This document shows, piece after piece, positions 12,515 through 26,249 of a DNA stretch of 64,000 bases; positions within the stretch are counted from its first letter, which is position 1; each line of letters opens with the position of its first letter. The stretch covers positions 91,388,001-91,452,000 of the forward strand of contig NC_043003.1 in assembly GCF_006345805.1 (NCBI RefSeq), given 5' to 3'. Under the pieces are notes generated by a model. It made no database searches. It had not been told where the DNA came from and saw nothing but the letters and a program-made list of their open reading frames with translations. Made by a program: the position numbers and the translations under genes. Source of the stretch: Octopus sinensis (lineage: Eukaryota).

Positions 12515-13810
12515 AACATTCCTAACAAGAGTAAAAGTGAGTCTCCTGCTGGTTGTGAAAAAAAAAACAAAACAATCAAACAAAATATGCATGAAGGAGG
12601 AAAGTCTATTTAAGTGTTTACATGTGATTTTAATTTGTTCCAGTCAATGATCTCTGTTATTTTCAAGGTTTAGTGCCATATCAGTGTTGCAGTGAAAACA
12701 TCTGTCTCCATTAAAATTATCACCAAAACAAACAAAAATAAAACTGATAACTGAGAAAAAATGGAAAACATTTTAGTCATATAAATGGAGGACCAAATAT
12801 AAAATAGGAAAACCATTCAGCCATTTCCCTATAAAAAGCTAAAACAAAGAGCTTCTTTAAAATACTTTAAAAAATGCATCAATGAGAACAGTACCACAAA
12901 GTTTTGTAGCAGGTCATGTGTGGCTTGAGCATTTCAAAAAGCATCATAATTTCCTCAAAGTAAAGGTAATTAGCCAAGCAGTGAGTGTCAATGAAGAAGG
13001 TGCAGTTGTGTTTTAAAAAATTGTTGCTTAATATTATTGTTCATAAAAAAAAAATTATGCAGAACAAATATTCAATGTTGATGAAACTGGCTTATTGGAA
13101 GTGCTTACCGGAATGGTCTTCATGTACATTATGAAGATCTATGTGGTTACGAAACACACATTGCCAACACAAAAAAAGCATGGATGACTTAACAGATATT
13201 GGGTCTTTAACAATTGGTTCTTGGATAATTTTGTTCACTAACTAAAGAGCTATTGTAATAGGGATGAATCTGCACTCAGAATTCAATTCATTTTAGATGA
13301 TGCTCCATGTCATTCACAACTCAGCAATTTGAATCCCAATATAAAAGTATTATGTATAAAATATATAGAAGTACTGTATCTACTACCATAATGTAATATA
13401 AAAGTAGTGTGTCTGCCGCCAAAGACGACACCATTAATCCAGTCCACAGATCAAAGGGCTACATGCATTTTCTAACTATATTATCAGCATATAATATTTT
13501 GCCAAATTAATTGATGCAAACGACCATGACACCTCACTCTGTGATTTTTGGATGTAGTGTAGAACATTGTTAAAGCCTTGAAAGATGTCACAAATGGAAG
13601 CATAAACAATGTGGAAACATGTTGAAAATATATGTGAACACCTTCATAAAGTTCTTAAGTTGACATGGTTGTGAGCAACATCCATGAAAAATTCACAAAA
13701 CAGTTGAGCCTTGAAATGGACAAAGATGATGTTGACCAGCTGATAGTGACTGATGAATAAAGGGTTGACAGAGTTGAAAAAGAAAAATATTGTGAAGAGG
13801 GAGACTAGTG
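12515..13810 (+). pseudogene. Highly decayed Tigger/pogo-like transposase (CENP-B HTH + DDE_1)
   Basis: Frame-broken motifs in the expected order: HEGGKS (~12590), WLEHFKKHH (~12920), IFNVDETG (~13070), ILDDAPCH (~13290), LPPKTTPLIQ (~13413). Confidence 0.75.
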
Positions 13811-16800
13811 AGGCAGGGGACCAAAGTGTTAGATATTTAGTGGGTTTCTAGCCCACTAATTTAATATAATGTTTGGTTGTCCTTCGATAGCTGTTAGAAT
13901 CAATCCAGTGAGGAACAACAACAATTAGTGTGAGATTTGTGAAGACTTCATGTACATGAAGGATTTATTCTGATTCGGGATGAGAGTGTTTACATAGCTT
14001 GAACATTAACATTCAATAGAACAGAATAGAATTTGAATAAGGAAATGTTTTCGTCTTGCCACATTCCATGACTGGTGAAGAGGTTTTAAGAAAATTCAAT
14101 CAACAAGAAGTTGTCTTGTAGCAGGAACAGAATGGAGAAAACTGTAGCTAGCTGTAGGCAGTGTGTGAGAGAAAGAGGATGTTACCTGTCTGTGCGCATC
14201 TTTTATAGCTATGTAACGAGCACCACCTAGTTGCTAATGATGTGGCAGGGAAGATAACTATAGATGACTCTCATTAAAACATGATGGCACTGGATTCAAA
14301 TAAGGTTGCAGACATATTTCTCCCTCAGACCGAAAGAAGAGAAAAGGTTGAAACAGCAAAGAGTTAAACTGTAGGCACCAAAGAAGGTAATTGCCTTGTA
14401 TTTCACAAGGCTGAGCAGAGATACCAAAGGTATGGAAAGGATTATCATGGAAAACAGCAAAATGTAAACAATGTATGCAAACACAAGAATATGCAAATGA
14501 AAAGTTGCAGAATCTGTATGAATGTATGTGATGCAAGGTTAAGGTAGTGTGCAGGATGTGCTAGCCAGTGCAAAGCTGAGGCTGTGTGCAGTATATGCCA
14601 GCTTGTGCAAAGCTGAGGCACAGAACGCCTGACATGCAAATGTGATAACAACTGTCCAGGAAACTGGAAATCACAGGATGCAAGAGTCAAAGTGCTTTAA
14701 GTTAGCAAGAGCAGTAGGTTGCATAGAGAGGCTAGTGTTGTAAGCCTGCAAGAGCAGTGGGTCGCTTGCAGAGGCTGGAGGTGCTAGCATGTAGGAGCAG
14801 TGAGAAAGCAAAGATCCTAGAATGTGGTGCATATGTGTATGACCATTGAAACAAGTTAACATGTAATATACACAGAAAGAAAAGGTCTTTGAGATGTAAA
14901 AGGCAACAAATGGCATGCCAAAATTAGTGGATGCAAGGCAAGGTAAACGAGCATATACATGAAAAGGAAAACAGAATAAATGCATTAAATGGGAAAAGAA
15001 AAAAACAAATAGAATATGAGTTTCATATAAAAATAGTTTTGCAAAGTTTCTTAGGCCAGTTGACATGACAGCTACTGCGGCTCATCATAACGTATGTTGA
15101 TGGGTGTGGGGAAGATGCATGTAGCTGAGCTGGTGGTGAATGCAGTGGTGCAGTATTTTCCTGTTGTATGATGAAGGATGGGGGAGTATGAGGCTTTGGC
15201 ATGAGCGCATTTGTATTAGCCTGTTTAAGTCTATCGTCCGAGACTGTTTCTCAGGAACCATTCAAGTCTATGGTGAAATGTTTATCATTGTGTGCCAACA
15301 CATGATAAGGTCCTGAGTAAGGAGAGTGAGGGGATTTCTCACTGCATTCTTACATACAAAAACGTGAGTCCACGAGGCAATATCCTTGGGGACCGAGGAT
15401 TGCAGAACAAACTAAAATACAGCCCTGTTAGTCTTACCTGTTGGAACTCACTGCAGACCTTTCATTGGGTTTGTGAATAACTTTTATTCTTCATTGCCTC
15501 GGTTCACTGAGTCATTATGAACAATCAGTAGCCATTTGGATTTCACTCATGATCAACATATGTTTACATTTAACTACAAAATTTATGGCAGGTGAAATCT
15601 AGTACTACATAATGATATTCATGTATCTGTCTCATTTTATTTTTTCCTTTTCTTTCTTGCTTAAGAGCATTATTAATGTGAATGACATGTTTCTAATTAG
15701 AGATTGAAACCATGTTGTGCGATTAACTTGTTTTAAACAACCCCCTCACCAACCTTATCAAATACATTGAAATATTCTGTCTGCTCTCAGACTAATTTCC
15801 TGTTTACCATTTCCCTTGTTGGCATTTTGGTGATTTATTATCTCAGCTACTGCTTACTTTTTCTCTTTTGTACTCTCTCACTTCATCCCCTACTCCTCCA
15901 CATATATCAAAACATGTTTTGAATGAGATAATATTTTAATTTTTTTTGTTATATTTTTAGAATTGCTTTATTTATTTTTATTTTAATCTACTTCAAGCTT
16001 TAAAATTTTTCCAACTTAATTATGATAATGGTATTATCAAATATCTTGACAACTACTTTTTAAAAGGTGACTTTTTTGTCTTATAATTTGTTTTTGTTCA
16101 TATTTAAGTCTATCTATTTTTCCATGCTAGCATGGGTTAGAAGAATATGTTATTGAGGTGTTGTTTTACAGACAGATGTCCTTTCTGTCTCTAATCCTTA
16201 CCTGGTTTTCAAGTAAGAGATCCCTTAGTCCACCTGACTTTGAAGGTGTAGTATGATGGAAGAAAAGGACAAGAGAAAAAGAAGCAAATGGGCAAAAGAA
16301 ATACAAAAGGCCTTACCTGTTGACCTCGGCGGAATGAGCGGTCACTCTCACGAAATAGACACGTCTTTTCTCACTGCCATCTCTGCTTGAACTGACCACA
16401 CATGCTTCCTGACCACATGTGCCTCCTGCCCACGCATGCCCCTGTCACTCTTCCGCCGGCCCCTGCAGTCTTCATTTCCCTTTTACCTCATCTGCCATCC
16501 TCTCCACCAACACCACATAGATCATCACAGCCCATAACACCACAAACACCACAGAAGGTATAAAGTGGACTGACAATTTATTGACAGAAGTGCCAACAAC
16601 AAGACTGTTCTGATGTCTTGATTTTCATATAAGTTAGCACGGATGTAAACTAATACACTGATACACATATGCATGTGCACATACATACATGTCATTGTTT
16701 AACATTCACATTTCTGTACCTGCATGGGCAAATGGAATTTGTTGAGGCAGGTTTTCTATGGCTGGATGCCCTACCTGTCACTGATCCTCACCAGTTTCCA

Positions 16801-19359
16801 AGCAGGCTAGTATTTTCCCATGACCAGATAAGTGTTTCACTGAAGACTGGACCCGAATAACTTTCTTGGCAGCGATCTTTGTTTACAATTATCACATGGC
16901 ATCTAGACAATGGAACACACATGCACACACACACACACACACACACACAATTGTGTCATCATCATTATCACTACCATCATCATCAACATTTAATGTCTGT
17001 TTTCTATGCTAGCATGGGTTGTATGGCTTGACAGGAACTGGCAAGACCAGGGCCTGCACCAGATTCCATAGTCTGCTTTGGCTTGGTATCTATGGTTGGA
17101 TTCCCTTCCTAATGTCAGCCACTCCACAGAGAATACTGGGTGCTTTCTATGTGGCATCACCACCAGTGCTTTTTATGTCATACCAGCACCCACACCAATG
17201 CTTTTTACATGGCACCTTGGTTTTAGGATCTCAATTCTGTTGTGGTGGGTGGGTCTTCTCAAGTACTGCAATGCTCTACATATCTCAGTCTTCTGTCATC
17301 TCTTTTGTAAGGTTCAGCATTTTGAGATCAGCCTTCAATACTTCATCCTATGTCTTCCTGGGTCTCCCTCTCCCACAGAGTTTCCTTCAGTTTTCAACTA
17401 CCAAATTCACTCACAAGGCTTCAGTCGGCCAAGAGCTATAGTAGAAAACACTTGCCCAAGTTCTATAGTGGGACTGAACCCCAACTATATAGTTGAAAAG
17501 TAAACTGCTTAACCACTCAGCCATGCTAGCATCCATAAAAGGGGGCACTGAAAACTTCCTGGTTTTGAGTAAAAGAAAATACAGGAGGATCTGTGAATTA
17601 TGATTTTATTCAACATATTCCCCTCTCAGATTCACATGCTTCTTGCAATGGTCCTTCAGTTTTTCTAAGACCTGTAAAAGAACTCAGAAGGTTGGGTCCC
17701 TCCAACTGAACCTTTCACATTACCTTTAAAGCCAGGAACTTTTCGACACCTTGTATATACACATATACAATGGACTTCTTTCAGTTTCCATCTACCAAAT
17801 CCACTTATAAGGCTTTGGTTGGCCCAGGGCTATAGTAGAAGATACTTGCCCAAGGTGCTCTGAAACCACTGGTTGGGAAACAAACTTCTTAACTGTACAA
17901 CCAGCTTTGCATCTGAATCTATTAAGTTATTTTTAATCTCTTCCATTTTCTCTTTGCTTTTTTGCCAATAAGAAGGGCACTCCCCAAAACTGTAACTTCC
18001 CCACACCCATGAGCCAACACTGGACTCTTATGAAGGCTGACTGGGGTTAGACATTTGCAACAACAATCATGAACTATTATTGTAGGTTGTTTCTATGCTG
18101 TTGCTTGATTTGTTTGAAATAGTAGCCAAATCTGCTTCAGTTTATACCCTGTTGTCATAAAAAAAAGAACAACACATTGGGTAATGTAGTACTAGATATA
18201 CAATGCTTTGAACAATGATAGGATAGTTATGATTGGAATGCCTTCTTAAATTTAACCATGGGTTAAATAACTGCAACCATAGCAGTTTATAAAAACATTA
18301 TATTCAAGTCTTTTTTCAAAGTATGTAAAGAAAAATCAACAAATCTATATTGATAATGCTGATTATCATCATCATTGTCTAATACCCTCTTTTCCATGCT
18401 TGCATAGGTCAGACAGAAGTTTTGTACAGCGGGATGCTTTTCCTGTTGCTAGCCCTCACTTGTTTCCAAGGAAACTAATATATCCTCATAGAAGCTCAGA
18501 AACGAACAACCTCGCTTGTATGACAGTGGTGCTCATTTACAATCACCACATGATGTCAAGATGGTACACATAAACAAACACACACACACACATTTTAAGC
18601 ATACATGAGTGCACACACATACGCGCGCGTGTGCGTTAAGTTTCTTACAGTTTCTACCAAATCCACTCTCAAAGCTTTGATTAGCCTGGGACCGTAGTAG
18701 AAGACATTTGCTTAAGTACCATGCAGTGGGACTGAACATCAATAAATTTTGAATTCTTATTTCAATGCAGCATTGTTTTTAATATCCTTGGACAGGACAT
18801 TTCACTTGGCTTTTGTTAGGCTTCTCGGTTCAATTTAAGAAGGTAATCATAGCCGACTAGCTTTTGAATCATGGCAGTCAACAAATTATGTGGTGTCCTT
18901 AATCAAAACACATAATTCTGCTTTCATAAGGCTTTAATGTTTAATCAAGAACCTGATATTTATTTATTTTGTTTTGTTTTGTTTTCCAAGTTTATAAATT
19001 AGTTTCTTGCAATCTTAAATTATATTTATTGTTGTCTTGATTAACAGAAACAGTCAGATAGACAGAGACAGACAAAGAGACAAACAGAGACAGTCAGACA
19101 GAGAGACAGATAGATAAACAGACAAGCAAGCAAGCTGAAAAATGACTAAATGCAAAAAAAAAAAAGAAAAACATTTCAACATTGACGATAAAGGAAACCA
19201 AAACACAATCCCAGGCGTCAAAATCTTTTTATTTTTCTGTAATATTTAAAGGCTTCTTACTTCCTTACGGGTGAATATAATCAATTTTGAATAACGTTGC
19301 TATTGCTGTTGTTTTGGGTGGTGGTTTAAATTGTTATGATGATGATGGTAATTTGAAGA

Positions 19360-19363
19360 ATGT
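19360..19363 (+). CDS. GGCX: Probable first coding exon of GGCX (ATG+T); the exon may begin at the acceptor after 19251 or at a local TSS
   Basis: ATG 19360-62 has A at -3 and an in-frame TGA at 19354. It is followed by T and a perfect GTAAGT donor (19364-69). Splicing to 22803 gives ATG T|CC ATA TAC AAC ATG = MSIYNMVAP..., phase 1 like human intron 1 as I recall it. No transcript evidence. Confidence 0.45.
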
Positions 19364-20329
19364 GTAAGTTTTCACCAACAAGTGAAGCAACTGGCTTTAT
19401 CCCAAGATTGAGCAATTTCTGTGGAAGAAACTATATGTTTCCCTGTATTAATTGCCAGTATCATGATAGCAGGCTAGATGGTGAGTATGAATAAGATAAG
19501 GTTCAGGCATGGCTACATTGCTAAGAAGTTTTCTTCTCAACCATATGGTTTCTGATGCAGTCCTGATGCATGTCAGCATGAGCAAGTGCCTTCTACTGTA
19601 GCCCTGGAGTGGATTTGGTAGACGGAAACTGAAAGAAGCCTATCATATCATCATCATCATTTTCGTTTAACATACCTTTTTCCATGCTGGCATGGGTTGG
19701 ATAGTTTCACAAGAACAGACAAGACAGAGGGCTCCGCCAGGCTTTAGCATGGTTTCTATACCTGGATGCCCATCCTAATGCCAATCACTTAACAGAATGT
19801 ACTGGGTGCTCTTTAAGTGACACCAATGAGGTTGCCAAGTACTTGCAAGATAAGACTCCTCAACTGAGTGGGATATAGACTGGAGAAAGAACCTATGATA
19901 GAGGGAGAAGAACAAGTGTCTTGTTGAAGAGGTAAATACATGGCTTGCCCACCTGGAAAGTGAGAAAAGAGAGAGAGAGTGTGTGTGTGTGTATTTATAT
20001 TATGTATATTGTATAAAAAATATATGGATGTGAGTGTATGTATGTTTTGTGTCTTGCATCATTGTTATAAATGAATGCTATTAATTTCCAATATTCTGTG
20101 GAAACCTGTCTGACCACAGGGAAATATCATCTTACTTGGAAACTGGCAAGAATTGATGGCAGGAATGGCATCTGGTTGTGGAAAGTCTGCTTCAGTCAAT
20201 TCTGTCTGACATGCATGCATGGAAAAGTAGAAGTTAAAATAATGATGATAATAAGTTACCCTGAAATATACTTTTTGTTTTTTTGAGGGCTGGATTGTCC
20301 TGGTTGATGTAAAGAAATTAATTTACGTA

Positions 20330-20800
20330 AATATTGGTTTCAAATTTTGGTACTAGGCCAGCAATTTTAGGGGAGGAGTAAGTTAATGACATCAACCCCA
20401 ATGTTCAACTGGTACTTATTTTATTGACCCTGGAAGGATGAAAGGCAAAGTTGACCTCAGTAGAATTTGAATTCAACATAAAGACTGATGAAATGCCGCT
20501 AAGTATTTTGCCTGGCATACTAATGATTCTTGTCAGCTCACTGACTAATAATAATAATAATAGTAATAATAATAATAATAATAATCCTTTCTATTATAGG
20601 AACAAAGCCAGCAATTTTAGGGGAGGGGTAAGTCGATGAAATCTACCCCAGTGTTCAAATGGTCCTTATTCCATTTACCCTGGAAGGATGAAAGCCAAGT
20701 TAACCTCGGTAGAATGTGAACTCAGAGCGTAAAGATGGACGAAATGCTGCTAAGCATTTTGCCTGGCATTGCTAACAATTCTGTGAGCTCACCACCTTAC
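20330..20800 (-). mobile_element. Two tandem SINE family B copies separated by (AAT)n
   Basis: Same modules as the other family B copies. Confidence 0.8.
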
Positions 20801-20904
20801 TTTTATGTAAATATTAATGATAAAAATATTTCAATCAGTACATTCTATTGCAGTCTCTTATATATGCTTTAGATACTGGACCACATAAATCAGTTTGAAC
20901 TCCC

Positions 20905-21365
20905 TTAACCCTTTTGTTACCATATTTCTGTTAAAATATAGTGCCTTTATTTGAATTAATTTTTAAAAATGAAGAATTTAGTAAAATATCTTTGACATTA
21001 TTAAGCTGGTGTTTGGAATGTAAATTAACATGAAATTGTGATTGAAGGCTTTGATTTAAATCTCTAACCCTAACCCTTTTGTTACCTTATTTCTATTGAA
21101 ATACACCCTCTATATTTCAATTAATTTCGGAAATAATGAATATAGCAAAATAACTTTTTCTGTTATTCAGCTGATGATTAGAACATAAGCATGAAATTTT
21201 AAATGCAAATTTTAATTTAGATAACTTTTAAACAAGAAGTTTGTACCATAGGACCAAGGCTGGTCCTGGACAGGTTGATATTGAAAGCATTAAAACATGA
21301 ATTTTGTATAATAGAACCAGGATGGTCTCAGGTGGATTAATTTCAGAAGGATTAAATTCAGGTCT
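20905..21365. mobile_element. piggyBac-like AT-rich MITE fragments (related pieces near 42850-43130, 44020-44220, 57355-57420/58974-59120)
   Basis: TTAA|CCCTTTTGTTACC end and the recurring AAGCTGGTGTTTGGAA...TTAACATGAAA motif. Confidence 0.6.
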
Positions 21366-22802
21366 GGTTCTGAATTGCTGAAAGTTGAGGAGACTAGATG
21401 GAAACAGCACTGAGAAATAGTTATCAAGAAATAGTAGCCTCAAGTTAACTCAGATCTATGCTCAAAGATGTTCTAGCTGTTACTGTCACATTTTATTCCA
21501 TTGTAAATCTAAAATTACATCATACAGTGTATCTTTACTTTTTGAAGATGGTTGGATATTGTTTGAGGTTACATGGCTATTATTTCTAGAAGGTTATGCA
21601 ATTGGTTTGATAGGGGTAAGTGAAGTGGAAATTGGGCAAGAAAAGAGTGGAGGAGTGGATTGGGGAAGTGAACATAAGTGAATTCATACGAACCTATCTA
21701 GTACATACTTAAACCTAACAATCTTCATTATGGAAATTTCTATTGTTGAAATTCTTCATTCTTCATATTTCAAAGATATACAATCAAAATGGTTAAGATT
21801 CTTTCATAAGAGCATGCTAACATAAAAAAAGAATGGCTGTAGTTATAATAATGAAATTTGAGCCAATCTGACAAATCAGACACCATCAAATAAAACCTTA
21901 CAATAATTCTGCTTGTCATTCTGTTACTTAGCCCGTCTGTAACAAAGAGGTAGAGAGAAGCATTCATGACATGAGGTAGAGGGAGCGTGATTGTAATGCT
22001 TTCACATGATTAGTTGAAGGGAAAGAGAGAACAAGAGAGAGAAAGTAAAAGGGGAGAGGAAAAGAGGATAAGGTGAAGAGTGCGAAAAAAAAGAGGCAAA
22101 GAGAAAAATATGGAGGGAGAAAAAGAGGGAGAGAGAAGTGCCCATGACATGGGGGTAGGGGGAATGTAATATTTATCATGTGATTAAAAAAGTTAGTTGA
22201 AGGTAGTGATGATATAGAAGAGGAGAGTTAAAAATATAATTTTAGCAGAGGGGTGATGTTCTGATGGTGAGGTTAAAGAAAGGCAGAGAGAGATGATGAT
22301 GGTAGTGGAGGTGGTGATTGGATAGTGAAAAGTGTATTTGTTTTTTTTTATTTATATTTTTTAATTAATTTTTTATATCAACTATCACTTAAGGCATGCA
22401 CATAAGTGCAATTCTATGAAATATTCACGCTTATTTACGTGGCAGATAAATGCAATTTAACTAATGGTTGTATCAAATGTACAATGATTTTTGTTTTGTT
22501 TATGGGGAAGATGGGAAAATAAGAGTGGATATTTATTTTATAGTGCTGTGTATTAAGTCTATAAAATTGTGCATAAAGTATATAAAGTGCATTAAGTAAT
22601 CATTGAATTCCAATTTCTTTCACTTTTCAATGAGTAGCAGATGAGCGACTATCTTTTGATACAGATACAACACAGGCGATGCTTTCAGGTGTTTTGAATA
22701 AAGTTTTCAGAAATAACCCAATAGGTTTACCATTAATTCCATGAGGTATTCATGGGTCCGACTAGTAATTATAATTTACTGTTTTTGTTTTTTCTGTTGT
22801 AG

Positions 22803-22991
22803 CCATATACAACATGGTTGCTCCTTCATCCACATCTAAAGAAAGCTTACCATCAGAAATGTCAAAAATGAAGAAGTTTGAAAAATCACTTGGCTTTAAG
22901 TTTTCAGACTTTTCAAGTCCTTCACGATTTGTCAATTTGTTGAATCGACCAACTGATCCTGCATTACTTGGAATGATACGACTTCTTTTTG
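22803..22991 (+). CDS. GGCX: GGCX coding exon ([14 protein letters not shown]...[34 protein letters not shown]); alternative start ATG at 22814
   Basis: Pyrimidine tract + TAG acceptor (AG 22801-02); GTAAGT donor at 22992. [13 protein letters not shown] matches the GGCX N-terminus (human [19 protein letters not shown]). Confidence 0.93.
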
Positions 22992-24452
22992 GTAAGTTTG
23001 ACTAACTTATATTAATATGAGAGTTAAAGTGTCTTTAGTCCCACAGTGCTGTACCTTGGGCAAATGCCTTTGACTATAGTCCCAAGCCAAGCAAAGCCTT
23101 AGTGATTTCATTTGTTAGCCATCTTTCATTCTTAATATTATTCTCTCCACTCACTTTTTACATTGATCACTCTCAAACACATACTATCTCTCCTACTCTC
23201 TCTTTTTCTTTTATCCTCTCTCATCTTTCCCTTGTTCACTGTACCATTATTACTATTCTGCTGTTCTTTACCCCCCCCCCTTTATGCACTGTCAGTCATT
23301 TTCTACACTCTCCCACCTCCTCTAACTCATATGTATCATTGGTCAATTCCCACCCCTTAACTCTAACCAGTTTCTACAATTGTTACTACATACTCTTCTC
23401 TGCCTTCCCTACTTGTCATCCCTCAACTCTTGTTCTTCATTATATTCACCTTCTCAACTATTCCCCATCTCTAACAATCTCTCACTCTCCCATACACTCT
23501 TGCAACCTCTCCGCACTCACACTACCTGTTCACTTGTCTCCACTCACTTCTAATTACCTTGAAGATCAACCTGACATCTCATCACTTCTATTTTACCTCT
23601 TTCCCGCTCCACTTCAGTTACTCCCATCCTCTCTTCTATAATTTGAGTAGCCATGTAGCTCTTCTATAGCAAGAAACCTGCTCTTTTCTTACCCTTTCTC
23701 TCATACTCTAACCTCTCATCTCAAAGCATAAAGCTGTGCCTCTCTTTACTGCAGTCTCATGTTAAATGGGATTAGAAGATCTTAGTCTCGCAAGCTGCAT
23801 GGTAAACTCATTAGTGCTGGTGCCATGGAAAACAGCACTCAGTACATGCTGCAAAGTGGATGGCATTAAGAATTACATCCAGCTGCAGAAATCACACTAA
23901 TGCAATTCTTGGATGCACCAGGTCTTGTCAAATATCCAACCCGTGCTAGCATGGAACATGGATGTAAAATGATAAGGATGATAATGATAACAATGGTAGC
24001 AGTTGTATGTGTGTGTGTGTGCGCGCATGCACGTGTGTGTGCATGTGTGTGCATATGTGCACATGTGGATATGTCTGTGTTTCTTTAGATTTGAGCTCTA
24101 CAAAAGTTGAGAATTACAAATGGTGTGGTTACTAACACTTCTCCCATCAGCAAATCATATGCTCACTTTGTGCCTTCAAAGGCATGAAATAACAGAACCC
24201 TTATTTGAAAAACAGGCAAGGATTAGGGACAAGGTCATCTGGCTGTAAAACGATGCCTCAATAATATACTCAGCTAATCTATGTTACCATAGAAAAAAAA
24301 GACATAAAACAAACAAATGATGTGTGTGTGTGTGTGTGTGCTTGTTTACATCCCTGTAACTTAACAGTTCTCCAAAGGGGATCTATAGAATTAGTATCAA
24401 ACTTAAAATAAGTTATGGGGGTCTTGTTTCTCTCCTTGTTTCCTTCTGTGTT

Positions 24453-24490
24453 CCTTTCTATGGAAGAGCATAGGTTCGAAATGTTAAAGA
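24453..24490 (+). ncRNA. Degenerate minimal type I hammerhead-like motif in a PLE-like repeat (~24420-24560)
   Basis: ccttt-CTATGGA-A-GAGC atag GTTC-GAAAT-GTT-aaaga: stems I and II and GAAA are present, but the core is altered. Sister copy at 50803-50840. Confidence 0.5.
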
Positions 24491-24560
24491 CTTTTTCACT
24501 TCCCGAGTGTTAAACTAATACTACCTGTCTTCATCTTTTGTTTTTTTAATGAATTCTCCC

Positions 24561-24592
<32 letters not shown>

Positions 24593-24698
24593 ATATATAC
24601 ACATATATATAGTAGGTACTGTAAATTTAGGATGAATACTTGATAAGTGTAAGCACCTGTATATGCCAGATAGTGGCAGAGGTGAGAGAGAATATATT

Positions 24699-25283
24699 AA
24701 ATAAAACCAAAAACAGAACACAAAGGATATCGCGGTACACCTGTTTCAAGCTTTATAAACGACCTGTTCTTACATCAGTGTATAATAGATATAAAAGATG
24801 GTTTAAAGCTCTCTTCAGCTGCAAACATTGTTATTCCAAAGAGTTAGATCACACTATAAAAAATATGAAAAGTACATGTAGTATTACCCATTATAATAGG
24901 TATATCATATCTCCCTGAGAAAGTGTAACTGTATAAATGTATAAAGATTCATTGGATTTCAAAAGTCTGCCCATACTGTATCACCACTCTATGTTGACTG
25001 GTAATACAGTATTAGCAGACTTTTGAAATCCAATGAATCTTTATACATTTATACAGTTACACTTTCTCAGGGAGATATGATATACCTATTATAATGGGTA
25101 ATACTACATGTACTTTTCATATTTTTTATAGTGTGATCTAACTCTTTGGAATAACAATGTTTGCGGCTGAAAAGAGCTTTAAACCATGTTTTATATCAAT
25201 TATACACTGATGTAAGAATGGATTGTTTATAAAGCTTGAAACACATGTAATACGATCCTTGGTGTTCTGTTTTTAATTTTATT

Positions 25284-25284
<1 letters not shown>
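24699..25284. mobile_element. Fold-back element (~285-bp arms, ~13-nt spacer) with a hammerhead motif in each arm
   Basis: 24699-24986 is the near-perfect reverse complement of 25000-25284; the inner ~190 bp are almost identical. Confidence 0.9.
24732..24822 (-). ncRNA. Type I hammerhead-like ribozyme with a long stem II extension
   Basis: Minus strand: gcag-CTGAAGA-GAGCTTTA[~48 nt]TAAAGCTT-GAAAC-aggt-GTA-ccgc. The CUGANGA, GAAA and NUH (GUA) core is intact. Confidence 0.65.
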
Positions 25285-25324
<40 letters not shown>

Positions 25325-25327
<3 letters not shown>

Positions 25328-25575
25328 TCATCATTGTTTAACATCCGTTGCTAGCATGGTTTGGACGATTTGACTGAGGACTGGCGAACCATATGGCTGC
25401 ACCAGGCTCCAATTTGATCTGGCAGAGTTTCTACAGCTGGATGCCCTTCCTAACGTTAACCACTCTGAGAGTGTAGTGAATGCTTTTATGTGCCACTGGC
25501 ACAAGGGCCTGTCAGGCAGTACTGGCAATGTCTACGCTCAAGTGGTGCTTTTTATGTGCCACTGGCACAGGAGCC
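25325..25575 (-). mobile_element. RTE 3' tail copy
   Basis: (CAT)n followed by the reverse complement of the shared tail. Confidence 0.8.
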
Positions 25576-26249
25576 AGTCCAGTCCAGTCTTCTCTCTTGC
25601 ACACTTGTGCCATGCTTCAAAGTTTTTTGTTCAACGTCTCAGGCTGCAACTAAACTAAACTCTTTCAAAGTTGGTGTGTTTCACTGTTGGCTGGTACAAT
25701 CACATACATATACTAACGCAGACACACAGAGACATACATTCATGCACACCTCATGCTTATCTCTGTCCCTCTGTGTGTCTGTCTCTGTCTTTAGATGTGT
25801 TTGTGTGTGTATGTGTGTCAATTGTCACAAAAATGTATGTTTACTGACAGACACATGCACCATCACACACATATACTTCTCAGTCATCAGCGTAACGTAT
25901 GTGACAAATGTAGCAACACCTTCATATAGAAAATGTGATGTCGTCATCATTATGGTGGTGGTATAAAATGTCATTTATGATAGGTGGCTAAAAGAAAAAT
26001 TATAATGTTAAATTTTTGTAATGCAGATATGTAAATGAAAATAAAGTTTATTTGGCAGCCAAAAGATTACTAAATCTTTTGATACCCCATACATCAAAAT
26101 TGGCAACTCAGTTTTTGAATGCATAAGGAACATACGCAGACACATACATACAAACTCTCTTATATATAAGTATATATATATATGTATATATGTATGTGTG
26201 TATAAATATATATATATATATATATATTATATATACACACACATATATA

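Noticed and set aside
14000-15400. More GC-balanced region that might be a retroelement ORF
   Set aside because: Stops in all frames and no motif I can name; probably an old TE, left unassigned.
18790-18960. Possible minus-strand exon of a divergent gene
   Set aside because: No pyrimidine tract at the candidate acceptor, no donor, and no open frame.
22640-22745. Short open frame just upstream of the 22803 exon
   Set aside because: It ends in a stop before the acceptor, has no splice donor and no recognisable homology.
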